DNA of 32,000 nt from the NCBI GenBank assembly GCA_030066295.1, contig JASJBX010000056.1:1-32000 (forward strand). The letters run 5' to 3'. Shown one piece after another: positions 1 to 9,886 of this stretch (its first letter is position 1; each line of letters starts with the position of its first letter). The notes beneath the pieces were generated by a model. It saw only the letters and a program-made list of their open reading frames with translations, did not search any database and had not been told where the DNA came from. The translations under genes and the position numbers were made by a program. The stretch is from Crocosphaera sp. GTDB lineage: Bacteria > Cyanobacteriota > Cyanobacteriia > Cyanobacteriales > Microcystaceae.

Positions 1-2282
1 CCTAAATTAATCACTTTGTAACCATTATTGGAGAGGATAATATCAACTAAATTTTTACCGATATCATGGACATCTCCTTTCACCGTTGCAATGACAAATT
101 TTCCTTTTCCGCTATCATTACTTTCTCCTTCTTCCTTATCCATCAAAGGTTCTAGATAGGCAACAGCAGCTTTCATGGTTTGTGCAGATTGTAATACGAA
201 AGGTAACTGCATTTGTCCGGAACCAAATAACTCACCCACCACTTTCATTCCATCTAGTAAAAAGACGTTAATAATATCAAGGGGAGGATATTGTTTTAAC
301 GCTTCTGCCAGTGCATCTTCTAACCCTAACCGTTCTCCATCTATAATATGCTGTTTTAACCGTTCTTCTATAGGTAAATTAGCGGTTTTTGAAGGATCTT
401 TTTTAGTTGTTTTACCAGCAAACAATTCTGTTAACTTGGTTAGGGGATCATAAGTACATATCTCACCATCAAACTCCCGTAAGTCATAAATTAAATCATG
501 ACAAACTTTTTGATGTTCTTCTTCAATTTTTGCTAAGGGTAAAATTTTACTCGCACTAACAATAGCCCCATCTAATCCTACCTGCATACACTCGTATAAA
601 AACACTGAATTTAATACTTGTCTGGCCGCAGGATTTAAACCAAAAGAAATATTAGAAATACCTAAGAGTATATGACACCCCGGTAATTCTTCTCGAATCC
701 GTTTTATAGAGTCAACAGTAGCTTTTCCGTTTTCTCTATCCTCTTCTATCCCTGTCGAAATGGGTAACGCTAAAGGATCAAAAAAGATTTCATGAGCAGG
801 AATACCGTATTCTATGGCTGCATTATAAGCGCGTTTAGCAATTTCAAACTTCTTATCTGCGGTGCGTCCCATTCCCTCCTCATCAATGGTTCCTACTACC
901 ACACCAGCACCGTATTTCTTGGCTAATTCCAATACTTTAATGAAGCGTTCTTCTCCATCTTCGTAGTTAGTAGAATTGAGAATACATTTACCACCGGCAA
1001 CCTTTAGACCTGACTCCATTTTCTGCCATTCTGTGGAATCTAACATCAAAGGAAGGGTGATATTATTCACCAAACGAGAGGCCAAATCGTGCATATCTCG
1101 CACCCCATCTCGTCCCACATAATCCACGTTAACATCTAAAACATGCGCCCCTTCTTTTACCTGAGATTTTGCCAAGGAAACTAAACTATCCCAGTCTTCA
1201 GCATCCAATAACTTACGACATTTCTTAGAACCACTGGCGTTTAATCGTTCCCCAATAATTAAGAAGGAATTATCTTGAATATAGGGTTGAGTGCTATAAA
1301 TTGAAGCAGCGCAGGGTTCATAGTCAGGATGGCGTTGTTTAGGTTTTAATTCCTGAGAAAGTTCTGATAAAGATTTAATATGATCGGGACGAGTGCCACA
1401 ACATCCCCCAATAATTTGTACCCCTAAATCTTCGATAAAGTGCATTAACGCCATCTTTAATTCTATAGGAGTTAAACGATAATGAGCTTGTCCTCCCACA
1501 TTCTCAGGTAGCCCCGCATTGGGAATACAAGAAACAATAAAAGGAGAATGTTCTGATAAATATTTTATATGTTCCTTCATCTGTTCAGGACCCGTGGCGC
1601 AATTGAGTCCTAAAATATCTATTTTATAAGGTTCTAAAATAGCTAACGCTGCACTTATTTCGGTTCCTACTAACATCGTCCCCATGGTTTCCATGGTGAT
1701 AGAAACCATAATCGGTAAACGGTTTCCCTTCTTCTCAAAAACCGTCTCAACTGCGTTCAAAGCTGCTTTTATTTGCAGTACATCCTGACAAGTTTCAATG
1801 ATGAATAAATCTGCACCCCCATCGTATAACCCCTCTGCTTGCTCAAAGTAAGCGTCTCTAAGGGTATCAAAATCAATATGTCCTAACGTGGGTAACTTAG
1901 TCCCTGGACCCATAGAACCCGCCACAAAACGGGGTTTTTCGGGGGTAGAATATTCAGCAGCGATTTTTTTAGCGATTTCTGTCGCTTTTTTATTCAAATA
2001 GTACGCTTTATCCGCTAAATCATATTCTGCAAGGACAATGGAAGTCCCCCCAAAGGTGTCCGTTTCAATAACATCTGCACCCACCTCTAAAAACCCTCGG
2101 TGTACCTTTTCCACTGCTTCAGGTTTGGTATGCACTAAATATTCATTGCACCCTTCGTATTCGGGTCCTCCGAAGTCGTCTGCGGTCAAGTTTTGACTTT
2201 GTAAGGAGGTTCCCGTTGCACCGTCAAAGACGAGTACGGGACGGTTGGGACTGTTGAGATGGTTGAGGAAGGTACTATTCAT
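1..2282 (-). CDS. metH: 5-methyltetrahydrofolate--homocysteine methyltransferase (cobalamin-dependent methionine synthase), partial; C-terminus lies beyond window start
   Basis: Minus-strand translation from CAT at 2280-2282 gives [50 protein letters not shown]; near the window start it reads [27 protein letters not shown], the [10 protein letters not shown]12-binding motif. The 175-453 + ORF is antisense to it. Confidence 0.93.
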   Translation of the reverse strand, partial: MNSTFLNHLNSPNRPVLVFDGATGTSLQSQNLTADDFGGPEYEGCNEYLVHTKPEAVEKVHRGFLEVGADVIETDTFGGTSIVLAEYDLADKAYYLNKKATEIAKKIAAEYSTPEKPRFVAGSMGPGTKLPTLGHIDFDTLRDAYFEQAEGLYDGGADLFIIETCQDVLQIKAALNAVETVFEKKGNRLPIMVSITMETMGTMLVGTEISAALAILEPYKIDILGLNCATGPEQMKEHIKYLSEHSPFIVSCIPNAGLPENVGGQAHYRLTPIELKMALMHFIEDLGVQIIGGCCGTRPDHIKSLSELSQELKPKQRHPDYEPCAASIYSTQPYIQDNSFLIIGERLNASGSKKCRKLLDAEDWDSLVSLAKSQVKEGAHVLDVNVDYVGRDGVRDMHDLASRLVNNITLPLMLDSTEWQKMESGLKVAGGKCILNSTNYEDGEERFIKVLELAKKYGAGVVVGTIDEEGMGRTADKKFEIAKRAYNAAIEYGIPAHEIFFDPLALPISTGIEEDRENGKATVDSIKRIREELPGCHILLGISNISFGLNPAARQVLNSVFLYECMQVGLDGAIVSASKILPLAKIEEEHQKVCHDLIYDLREFDGEICTYDPLTKLTELFAGKTTKKDPSKTANLPIEERLKQHIIDGERLGLEDALAEALKQYPPLDIINVFLLDGMKVVGELFGSGQMQLPFVLQSAQTMKAAVAYLEPLMDKEEGESNDSGKGKFVIATVKGDVHDIGKNLVDIILSNNGYKVINL

Positions 2283-2392
2283 AGATGTGATAGAGTGGCA
2301 GATTTAAGGATTAAGATTTATTATAAAAAATATCTTAACTTAGGGAAAGCCTTTACCAACGCTCTATCCGTAAATCTTCTATACAATCTTAG

Positions 2393-2545
2393 TAATAGTT
2401 TCTTTTAATTCTTTTGCTTCTGAATCACTGAGAATACCTGCAAATTTTAAAGTATAACAGTGGGATCACCTTTGATAACTGTTTCTAGCTGTTGCGCTCT
2501 AGTAGCCACCTCAGAACTAAGCACACTCTTAGTGATGCTTATAAA
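2393..2545 (-). pseudogene. Possible frameshifted remnant of a small unidentified gene
   Basis: Minus strand reads SITKSVLSSEVATRAQQLETVIKGDPTVIL* and then, one base out of frame, YTLKFAGILSDSEAKELKETITKIV*; both halves look protein-like but neither is a full ORF. Confidence 0.3.
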
Positions 2546-2723
2546 TCAAGTTAAAAACTCGATAAAATAATCAAAAATAGTTCTAGCTATTGTTTAGGAT
2601 TCTTCGTGCTTATTGTCTTTCGTAACAACAGTAATCAATCCTTTATCAGAGGAACAACCTTGCTCGGTAGTTTTAATCCCACTACCCCAAATATTGATCC
2701 TTCCCCAGCAGAGGTCTTTGATT

Positions 2724-2924
2724 TTACATCTGCTTCAGATAACTTTCTACTGCATGAAGTTGTTCTTTACCCAATGCTTCTATCTCCTCTTTTAAGTGAT
2801 CCCAATCTAATAATTGTACTTGGCGATCGCGTAATGCTTGGGATTGTTCAATTGTCCACTGATAAAAGTCTTCGTCATAAGTGACTGATTGGTTATGACC
2901 GATTTTAGTAGATGTTTGACTCAT
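2724..2924 (-). pseudogene. Truncated DUF29 family protein (N-terminal fragment)
   Basis: 66 aa MSQTSTKIGHNQSVTYDEDFYQWTIEQSQALRDRQVQLLDWDHLKEEIEALGKEQLHAVESYLKQM matches the start of DUF29 proteins (YDxDFxxWxxxxxxLLRxxxxxxLDxxxLxEEIExLGK), normally about 140-160 aa. Confidence 0.6.
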
Positions 2925-2970
2925 GGATTCCTCTTTGATAATATGAACATCAATATTATATCTTAACTCC

Positions 2971-3900
2971 TTAAACTCTTTGTTGTTGTATTTCTTTAAT
3001 AATCAACAAAATAATAGCAACGATCAATGGTAAAAAGTAATAAATAGCTCGATAAGCAATTAATCCTCCTAAAATATCTGCTTGAGAAATTGTATTTGGA
3101 AGGGAAAATAAAATCACTGTTTCAAAAACCCCTAATCCCCCAGGAACACTACTAATTAAACCAGCAATTAATCCTAAAATATAAATTCCAAAAAAGCCAG
3201 GAAATGAAACAATTTTCGAGACAGGAAGCAATAAATATAAAACCCCTGAGGCAACTCCCCAATCTATTGCAGCAATACAAATAGAAGCTAAAGAGAGTTT
3301 ACTGGAAGGAAAATCAATCAACTCTGAACCAATTTTTAAAGGTTTTTTTCTAAAAAAACTAATTGTAAAGTAAATAGAAACTAACCCTAAAAAAAATAAA
3401 CCAATCGGATGTGCTGAGGTAAAAGGTAATTTCAGAATTTTGGGTAAACTTAAAGGATCGACCAAAAAAACAACCCCACTAACCCCTAATAATCCCACCC
3501 AAAAAGTTAAATTAGTAAAGACAATTAATTGAGCAATTTTTAGTTTAGAAATTCCCCAACCCCCATAAAAACGATAGCGGATAGCAGTCCCTGATAAGGC
3601 ACTAAAACCAAGAGTATTACCCACAGCATAACTAATAAAGGCAGTTATGATAATTTTAGAAGGTTTTAAGAAGTTATTGATATAATAAAACCCTAAAAAA
3701 TCGTAACCCGTCATGATTAAATACCCTAAACTGGTTAAGGCAATTACCCCTATTTTACGAATTGTGGTAAGATTACCTAAATAGTGTAGAATCTCAGCAG
3801 GATTATGGTCTTTAAACTCATGACTAATGGCAACCAAAGAAAGGGTTAATAAAGAAACCGCTAAGAGAATAGGCAAACATTGGATAAAACGCCGAACCAT
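2971..3900 (-). CDS. Lysylphosphatidylglycerol synthase transmembrane-like / UPF0104 (YbhN-like) family membrane protein
   Basis: 309 aa multi-TM ORF with SYAVGNTLGFSALSGTAIRYRFYGGWGI and GLISSVPGGLGVFETVILF motifs typical of this family. Confidence 0.8.
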   Translation of the reverse strand: MVRRFIQCLPILLAVSLLTLSLVAISHEFKDHNPAEILHYLGNLTTIRKIGVIALTSLGYLIMTGYDFLGFYYINNFLKPSKIIITAFISYAVGNTLGFSALSGTAIRYRFYGGWGISKLKIAQLIVFTNLTFWVGLLGVSGVVFLVDPLSLPKILKLPFTSAHPIGLFFLGLVSIYFTISFFRKKPLKIGSELIDFPSSKLSLASICIAAIDWGVASGVLYLLLPVSKIVSFPGFFGIYILGLIAGLISSVPGGLGVFETVILFSLPNTISQADILGGLIAYRAIYYFLPLIVAIILLIIKEIQQQRV

Positions 3901-3994
3901 GAGATAATTTAGTAAATTGAAACGACTGGTTTTGTTATTATAATAATCAAGACACCTATATTACCTTAAAGACCACAAGTTGAGGAAATGATGA

Positions 3995-4444
3995 ATGTTA
4001 CAGTTTATAAAAAACTACGCGATCGCTATAATAATAGGGAGTATATTCTCCTTATTCATTAGCTTATGGAGTCAACCAGCATTAGCGTTAACTAATATTG
4101 ATTTATTCGATATCTCCTATAAAGATTGTCCCCCAGAATTAGCAGAAGGAAACGTTACTAGTGGGGGTTCCAGTCTGCCGGCCGATTGCTATATTATCAC
4201 AGGAAAAGCGAAGAATACATCCGGTAAAACCGTCTATGATGCTGATGTATTTGGACGCATTTTAGATGCGAACAATGAACCTGCTTTACAAAATAGAAGT
4301 CGCGTGGGTTCCATTGCAGAAGTTCCGCCAGGAGTGAGTGATTTTGAAGTGAGAATTACAGTTCCTGCCAATCAACCCACTCCCTTAAAATTAAAGAAAT
4401 TTAAAGCATCTGGGTTTACCACGAAAGTAACCCCGATTTTTTAA
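3995..4444 (+). CDS. Secreted hypothetical protein with FxLYD-like domain
   Basis: N-terminal signal peptide (IGSIFSLFISLWSQPALA) followed by a C-IITGKAKNTSGKTVYDADVFGRILD...VPPGVSDFEVRI pattern typical of FxLYD-like domains. Confidence 0.6.
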   Translation: MLQFIKNYAIAIIIGSIFSLFISLWSQPALALTNIDLFDISYKDCPPELAEGNVTSGGSSLPADCYIITGKAKNTSGKTVYDADVFGRILDANNEPALQNRSRVGSIAEVPPGVSDFEVRITVPANQPTPLKLKKFKASGFTTKVTPIF

Positions 4445-4452
4445 ATTCCTCA

Positions 4453-4486
4453 AGGCCCCATGGCGTAATGGGGTCTTGTTTCAAAA
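4453..4486. terminator. Probable bidirectional intrinsic terminator between convergent genes
   Basis: Hairpin GGCCCCAT...ATGGGGTC with following cttgttt, located between the stops at 4444 (+) and 4489 (-). Confidence 0.55.
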
Positions 4487-4488
4487 CC

Positions 4489-4776
4489 TTAAAAGCCTGT
4501 AGAAACAGGAGCAAGACTAGCCAACATTCTTGCTACAAATTGTAAAGCAAAAATAGCTAAAATAGCTGAGAAATCGATACCACCCAATGGGGGAATAATG
4601 GAACGAAAAATATTAAGATAAGGATCGGTAATGGGGCTTAAAAAAGACATGGCATTCATCGCCCATTCTGCGCTTTGAAACCACGATAAGAGAATGCGAA
4701 CAAAGATTAATACCAAATAGATATTGAGAAATGCGGTCAGGGTTTGAAAAATTAATAGGGTAATGGTAGTATCCAT
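4489..4776 (-). CDS. YggT family protein (YCF19-like)
   Basis: 95 aa; LIFVRILLSWFQSAEWAMNAMSFLSPITDPYLNIFRSIIPPLGGIDFSAILAIFALQFV is the classic YggT signature. Confidence 0.85.
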   Translation of the reverse strand: MDTTITLLIFQTLTAFLNIYLVLIFVRILLSWFQSAEWAMNAMSFLSPITDPYLNIFRSIIPPLGGIDFSAILAIFALQFVARMLASLAPVSTGF

Positions 4777-4890
4777 AATGAACTATTTTCCTGATAAATA
4801 AGAGAGCTACTAATTGATCTTATATCAAATTTTGATTAAATGTAACTTCTTCGAGTTCATGGTTCGGTCTTGAGTCAGAGAAAAATGAGT

Positions 4891-6495
4891 TTACCAATCG
4901 TCCTCCTCTTCTTCTAACACAGCCTTTTGTTGTAGAGGGGGTTGTTTTGAGGGGATTGTGTCTTCTATCTCTTCTTGCCAACTGTCTGATAAGGGTTGCA
5001 CCACTTTGGTAATCGCATCTTGAACAAAGGCTTTGAGAAATTCATCCTTGCGACTCAGTTGAAACTGTCGTTGTACCACTTCTGTTATGCCTCCATCACC
5101 CCAATCTTGATCTTGACGGAAATACTCAACGAAACTTTTACCAGCAATACGGGTTAAGTAAGCTGCACTCACCCCTTGAATCATTTTGCCCACTAAGTAG
5201 GTTGCTATATTTAACTGTAAGGCTTTTCCTAATAGATCAATCGCCCCTTTAACCACTCCTAAACTGACTAAGGTTTTGCCTAAAGATAAAGCTAATTCTT
5301 TCCCGCGATCGCTATTAATATCACAGCCATAAACTTGTCCAATTTCTATTACCATTTGGGCATTAACGGCAGCCGTTGCTAACATATCCACCACGGGTAA
5401 AGGGGTTACTGCAATCACCCCTGCACTAATCCATTGATAACGTTCAATAATCTGATTACTTTGGCGTTTGCGTTGCCGATCAACGAGTTGTCTAGCTTCT
5501 TCTCCTAACCGTTGAGATTGCAATAAAATGTTATCAGCAATTAAATCTTCTCCTTCTGCCCGTAAAATCCCTGCTAGTCTTTTGATTAAGGGAAGAATGT
5601 CAGGAGAGGGTTGAATCTTTTGACCAGTTTCTGACGGAAAAGTCTGGGGATTAGCTGCGATAGAAATAATGTCTTGTTCGGGGATAAATGTTTTCACTCT
5701 TTCTTTTAACTGTTGTCGGATTTGGTTCATTTCTTCTTCGGTATAAAGATCAATTTTATTGAAAATAAGTAGCGATCGCTTACCAATATCCACTAAAATT
5801 TGTAAAGGTTTATATTCCGATTGTCTTAAATCGTTATCAACAACGAATAATAATAAATCGGCTTCTGTTGCTAATTGTCTCGCTATTTCTTCCCTTTCGG
5901 TGCCTTCTACTCCTGCTTCTAGGATACCAGGGGTATCTGTAATTAATATTGTTCTAGATAAACCTTTTAATTTGAGACGATAGGTTTCTCCTACTTTTGT
6001 GGTTCCCATTGTTCCTTCAACTTGACCGATAATTTCTCCAAATAAGGCATTAACTAGGGAGGTTTTTCCGGCTGATCCTGTGCCAAAAATAACAACTTTC
6101 AACTCTCCTCTGTTTAAATTTTCTGCAATTTCTTGAGAACGAGTTAAGAGAGCTTGTTGAGTAACTTTATCTTGTATTGTCTCTACTTGTCGACGAATTG
6201 CCTTTAAGTTTTCTTGAGCAGCTTCTGTTTTTTGCTCGGGTAATTTTAGGTTAGCATAACGCTGCTGGCGACGATGATTTGTTTTACGGGATGAGAAAAA
6301 ATTAAAATAATAAATAAAAGCATAAATCAGTAATCCTAATAATCCCATGATCAGGAAAATAAGAAAATTAGCTAATAGAGGAGCCGTAAAAGAAATGGAT
6401 ATATAAAGACGGTATATAGAGTTTATTAACCAAATAATTAAGCCAAGAATTATACTTAAACCAATAATTAAAATAATTAGACGAGGAAGAGGCAT
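4891..6495 (-). CDS. GTPase domain + DUF697 family membrane-associated protein
   Basis: 534 aa; P-loop GTGSAGKTSLVNALFG, DTPG, FNKID; two N-terminal TM segments; C-terminal DUF697-like WISAGVIAVTPLPVVDMLATAAVNAQMVIEIGQVYG. Confidence 0.85.
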   Translation of the reverse strand: MPLPRLIILIIGLSIILGLIIWLINSIYRLYISISFTAPLLANFLIFLIMGLLGLLIYAFIYYFNFFSSRKTNHRRQQRYANLKLPEQKTEAAQENLKAIRRQVETIQDKVTQQALLTRSQEIAENLNRGELKVVIFGTGSAGKTSLVNALFGEIIGQVEGTMGTTKVGETYRLKLKGLSRTILITDTPGILEAGVEGTEREEIARQLATEADLLLFVVDNDLRQSEYKPLQILVDIGKRSLLIFNKIDLYTEEEMNQIRQQLKERVKTFIPEQDIISIAANPQTFPSETGQKIQPSPDILPLIKRLAGILRAEGEDLIADNILLQSQRLGEEARQLVDRQRKRQSNQIIERYQWISAGVIAVTPLPVVDMLATAAVNAQMVIEIGQVYGCDINSDRGKELALSLGKTLVSLGVVKGAIDLLGKALQLNIATYLVGKMIQGVSAAYLTRIAGKSFVEYFRQDQDWGDGGITEVVQRQFQLSRKDEFLKAFVQDAITKVVQPLSDSWQEEIEDTIPSKQPPLQQKAVLEEEEDDW

Positions 6496-6685
6496 AGACT
6501 AAAATCCATTATTTAATAGTTAGTTAAATAAGCTAATAACAAGAGTTATAACACATACGTTAAAATACTAAACTTGAATAGTTTTTGATAATTAATAATT
6601 CTTTTTTTTTGCTCTTGTTTATCCTTATCCTGTTATTTTAACCAACATAACATATAATTTTAAATTATAAATTTAGAGCTTTCCT

Positions 6686-7183
6686 ATGTTTAGACCCCAA
6701 AAAATACAACCAAAAGAAGGCCAAGAATCCGTTTGGGACTATCCCCGGCCTCCCCGTTTAGAACCCTGTGACAAACAGATTAAAATCATCTTTAACGGTG
6801 TGACTATCGTTGATACAAAAAAAGCCTATCGTGTCTTAGAAACTTCTCATCCCCCCACTTACTATATCCCTCCCGAAGACATCAAAATGGAATATTTACA
6901 ACCCGCCGAAAAAGGTTCTTTTTGTGAATGGAAAGGCCCAGGAAACTATTACACCCTTACTGTAAACGATAAACAAGCGATTAACGTAGCTTGGTATTAC
7001 CCCAACCCCACCCCAGCATTTGCCGATATTAAAAATTATGTGGCATTTTACGCCGAACCCATGGATGAGTGTTTGGTCAATGGGGAAACCGTAACCCCTC
7101 AACCCGGAAACTTCTATGGAGGATGGATCACTTCCGATATCGTCGGACCCTTTAAAGGAGGGCCAGGAAGTTGGGGATGGTAA
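6686..7183 (+). CDS. DUF427 domain-containing protein
   Basis: 165 aa; SHPPTYYIPPEDIKMEYLQPAEKGSFCEWKGPGNYYTL...AWYYPNPTPAFADIKNYVAFYA matches DUF427 core. Confidence 0.85.
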   Translation: MFRPQKIQPKEGQESVWDYPRPPRLEPCDKQIKIIFNGVTIVDTKKAYRVLETSHPPTYYIPPEDIKMEYLQPAEKGSFCEWKGPGNYYTLTVNDKQAINVAWYYPNPTPAFADIKNYVAFYAEPMDECLVNGETVTPQPGNFYGGWITSDIVGPFKGGPGSWGW

Positions 7184-7201
7184 TTATGAGTGTGGGGTGA
7201 C

Positions 7202-7240
7202 GGGGAGATGGGGAGATGGGGAGATGGGGAGATGGGGAGA
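7202..7240. repeat. Tandem octamer repeat (GGGGAGAT)n, about 4.9 copies
   Basis: Direct read: ggggagat ggggagat ggggagat ggggagat ggggaga. Confidence 0.95.
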
Positions 7241-7329
7241 CAGATATTAACGCTGAACTCCCGCCGCCTGCCCTTCTTTAACTTTACGGCGTATAGTCAA
7301 ATTTATGATAGAATGTCTTTGGTTGAGAT

Positions 7330-7690
7330 CCCCGACCCCCTACTGCGTAGGCTAGGCAACCCTAGAGGCAAAGCGTTCCGAGAAGGTCAAAACTAAGAAC
7401 CTGTGGTGGCGAAAACACAGCAAAAACAGCTAGGGAAACGTGATTGAGTACCAAAGCTAAAATAAACCCAAATTCTCAATAAACAGTATCGGAGGGCATC
7501 CGAAAACTGAGGCCAACCACCTGAACGACTGGGTACAGCCCCGCCTATGGCTACCTGCTGCGAAAGTGGAGATAGTTAAGCGGTCTGGATAAGCCAGTAA
7601 TCCTTTCGCAGTGATGGAAAGGAAAATCCGCTCAATTCAGGGAGTGGAGTATGTCAAAATGCGGTCAATGTTAGTCTTAATGAGAAGCTT
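7330..7690 (+). ncRNA. Structured RNA-like segment resembling the 5' domains of a group II intron lacking its ORF and 3' domains (remnant)
   Basis: No ORF; segments such as CAGCTAGGGAAACGTGATTGAGTACC, CGGAGGGCATCCG, CTGGATAAGCCAG, CCTTTCGCAGTGATGGAAAGG nested in AGCGG...CCGCT, and an end GGAGTGGAGTATGTCAAAATGCGGTCAATGTTAGTCTTAATGAG, which resembles the region just before the maturase ORF in bacterial group II introns. Boundaries approximate. Confidence 0.45.
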
Positions 7691-7701
7691 ATTAGGAATC
7701 A

Positions 7702-8766
7702 ATGGATATGGGTGAGTCAGAAAAAATATCAGTGGGAATTATTGGTGCTTCGGGATATGGAGGCGTTCAATTAGTTAGACTTCTGCAAGAACACCCCCTT
7801 GTAGAAATTGCTTACTTAGGGGGAAAAGGCAGTGCTGGTCAAGCCTACGCTGAATTATATCCCCATTTAGGCCATGTGGTGGATTTGACCATTGAACCCA
7901 TTGATGTTGAGGCCATCGCTTCCCGTTGTCAGGTGGTATTTTTAGGACTCCCCAACGGCCTCGCTTGTGATCTAGCTCCCCCATTAATCGAAAAAGGGTG
8001 TAAAGTACTAGACCTATCAGCCGATTATCGCTTCAAAAATTTAGAAACCTATACCAGTTGGTACAATAAAGACCGTAACGACCTAGACACAGCAAAAACG
8101 GCTGTTTACGGGCTTCCAGAATTATATCGTGATCAAATCAAAGAAGCAGATTTGATCGGCTGTCCAGGTTGTTATCCTACCGCCAGTTTAATGGCCCTGT
8201 CTCCCTTACTCAAACAAGGGTTAATCTTACCCGAAACCACCATTATTGATGCCAAGTCAGGAACCTCCGGGGGCGGAAGACAGGCCAAAACCCATCTGTT
8301 GTTAGCAGAAGCAGAAGGATCGTTTGGGGCTTATGGAGTAGCCAAACACCGCCATACCCCAGAAATCGAGCAAGTTTGTTCTGATTTAGCCGGTCACGAC
8401 GTAAAAGTTCAATTTACCCCCCATTTACTGCCCATGGTTCGAGGCATTTTATCAACGGTTTACGCCACCCTCAGAGATCCGGGACTCGTCAGAGAGGATT
8501 TATTGACCATTTACAGTGCCTTTTATCGTTCCTCTCCTTTCGTCAAAATTTTGCCTAACGGGGTTTATCCGCAAACAAAATGGGCTTGTGGGACTAATTT
8601 ATGTTACTTGGGTATCGAAACCGATCCCCGTACCGATCGCGTGATTGTTCTTTCTGCTATTGATAACCTCATCAAAGGACAAGCGGGACAAGCGGTACAA
8701 TGTCTAAACATTATGATGGGATGGGAAGAAACCCTAGGGTTGCCTCAACTGTGTTTTTATCCTTAA
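7702..8766 (+). CDS. argC: N-acetyl-gamma-glutamyl-phosphate reductase
   Basis: 354 aa; [17 protein letters not shown], active-site [46 protein letters not shown]. Confidence 0.96.
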   Translation: MDMGESEKISVGIIGASGYGGVQLVRLLQEHPLVEIAYLGGKGSAGQAYAELYPHLGHVVDLTIEPIDVEAIASRCQVVFLGLPNGLACDLAPPLIEKGCKVLDLSADYRFKNLETYTSWYNKDRNDLDTAKTAVYGLPELYRDQIKEADLIGCPGCYPTASLMALSPLLKQGLILPETTIIDAKSGTSGGGRQAKTHLLLAEAEGSFGAYGVAKHRHTPEIEQVCSDLAGHDVKVQFTPHLLPMVRGILSTVYATLRDPGLVREDLLTIYSAFYRSSPFVKILPNGVYPQTKWACGTNLCYLGIETDPRTDRVIVLSAIDNLIKGQAGQAVQCLNIMMGWEETLGLPQLCFYP

Positions 8767-9281
8767 ATATTATTTCTTAACCCACATAATCCTGCATAAC
8801 CAATAGCGATCGCATCGACACTATCATCGATGGGCAATTTATCTAAATTAAACAACGTTCTAACCATTGCGGCGACTTCTTTTTTCTTCGCTTTTCCGTC
8901 TCCTAGATGGCATTTCCAACTGGCTTGATGAAGAAAAATCGGCTCAATATTAGCCTCTCGATAACAGACTAAATTAATCACCCCTAACGCTTGCATAACC
9001 CCTCCTGCTGCCTTAATCGTACGGTTAAAAAAGGGCATTTCGATCGCAATACCTTGAGGGTTAAATTCCCTTAGTAATTCTCTTAAATCTTCTTCTATTT
9101 CTAGAAGTCTTTGGGAAGTGGATAACTGTTTATTGGTTTCAACAGTTCCATAGTCAATAATTGTAGGCAGTTGTTGGTCATTTTCTTGTAAAATTGCCCA
9201 TCCAACTATAGCCAATCCTGGATCAATTCCTAACCAAGTTTTTTGGGACATTTTTTGCTGGTTATCCCCCATTTTTATCAA
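8763..9281 (-). CDS. ruvC: Crossover junction endodeoxyribonuclease RuvC family
   Basis: [16 protein letters not shown]-terminal motif, [39 protein letters not shown]-terminal catalytic region. Start may be internal (MSQKTWLG). Confidence 0.8.
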   Translation of the reverse strand: MIKMGDNQQKMSQKTWLGIDPGLAIVGWAILQENDQQLPTIIDYGTVETNKQLSTSQRLLEIEEDLRELLREFNPQGIAIEMPFFNRTIKAAGGVMQALGVINLVCYREANIEPIFLHQASWKCHLGDGKAKKKEVAAMVRTLFNLDKLPIDDSVDAIAIGYAGLCGLRNNI

Positions 9282-9292
9282 AATAATAGTCT

Positions 9293-9862
9293 CTAGTTAT
9301 TAATGAATTCTAATCCCATAAAAATCGTAGAAATAGTTCCAGCCACACAAATTTCTCCCGACATAATTTTCTTGGTAACATCTTTTATCGGTACTAAAAC
9401 TATTTCTATTTCTTCTGTAATATCTAACTCTATTTTTCCTGTTTGTTCAACATTTAACCCTAAAAAAATGTGAATTTTATTATCATCTTTGACTGGGTTA
9501 TCATAAATGGTGGTCATAAACACTAATTCTTGAGCAATATAAGCCGTTTCTTCCTCTAGTTCCCGTTTAGCCGCGCTCAAACTATCCTCCTTTTCAGGGT
9601 CAAATGTTCCTGCAGGTAGTTCGAGTAAAATCTCTTGAACCCCATGACGATATTGACGAACAAAAACAATTTCGTTATTAGGAGTAATGGGTAAGATTAA
9701 AGCAATTTCAGGGCGAACATTAACAAAATAATCATCAACAATAGTGCCATCGGATAACTCTACTTGATCTTGTCGCACTCGACACCATTGATTATCAATA
9801 ATAAAATCAGACTTAAGAATTTTCCACTTTTGAAGAGTCATATTTTTAAGAGGGTGTAACAC
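9293..9862 (-). CDS. NUDIX hydrolase (ADP-ribose pyrophosphatase-like)
   Basis: NUDIX box GTFDPEKEDSLSAAKRELEEETAY followed by GxxYxxP-like region; FVRQYRHGVQEILLELPAG. Confidence 0.9.
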   Translation of the reverse strand: MLHPLKNMTLQKWKILKSDFIIDNQWCRVRQDQVELSDGTIVDDYFVNVRPEIALILPITPNNEIVFVRQYRHGVQEILLELPAGTFDPEKEDSLSAAKRELEEETAYIAQELVFMTTIYDNPVKDDNKIHIFLGLNVEQTGKIELDITEEIEIVLVPIKDVTKKIMSGEICVAGTISTIFMGLEFINN

Positions 9863-9886
9863 TTAGCTTTTTGCTGACTTCTGACT

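Noticed and set aside
175-453. 92 aa + strand ORF
   Set aside because: Lies antisense within the clear metH reading frame; product has no protein-like features.
2283-2600. SAH/SAM or cobalamin riboswitch upstream of metH
   Set aside because: No conserved core sequence; the interval instead contains a protein-like remnant.
2606-2884. 92 aa and 60 aa overlapping + strand ORFs
   Set aside because: Antisense to the DUF29 fragment; low-quality sequence without motif.
5759-5983. 74 aa + ORF inside the GTPase-DUF697 gene
   Set aside because: Antisense shadow of the GTPase domain coding strand.
7190-7396. 68 aa ORF MWGDGEMGRWGDGEMGR...
   Set aside because: Generated by the GGGGAGAT tandem repeat and non-coding sequence; no ribosome-binding context or homology cue.
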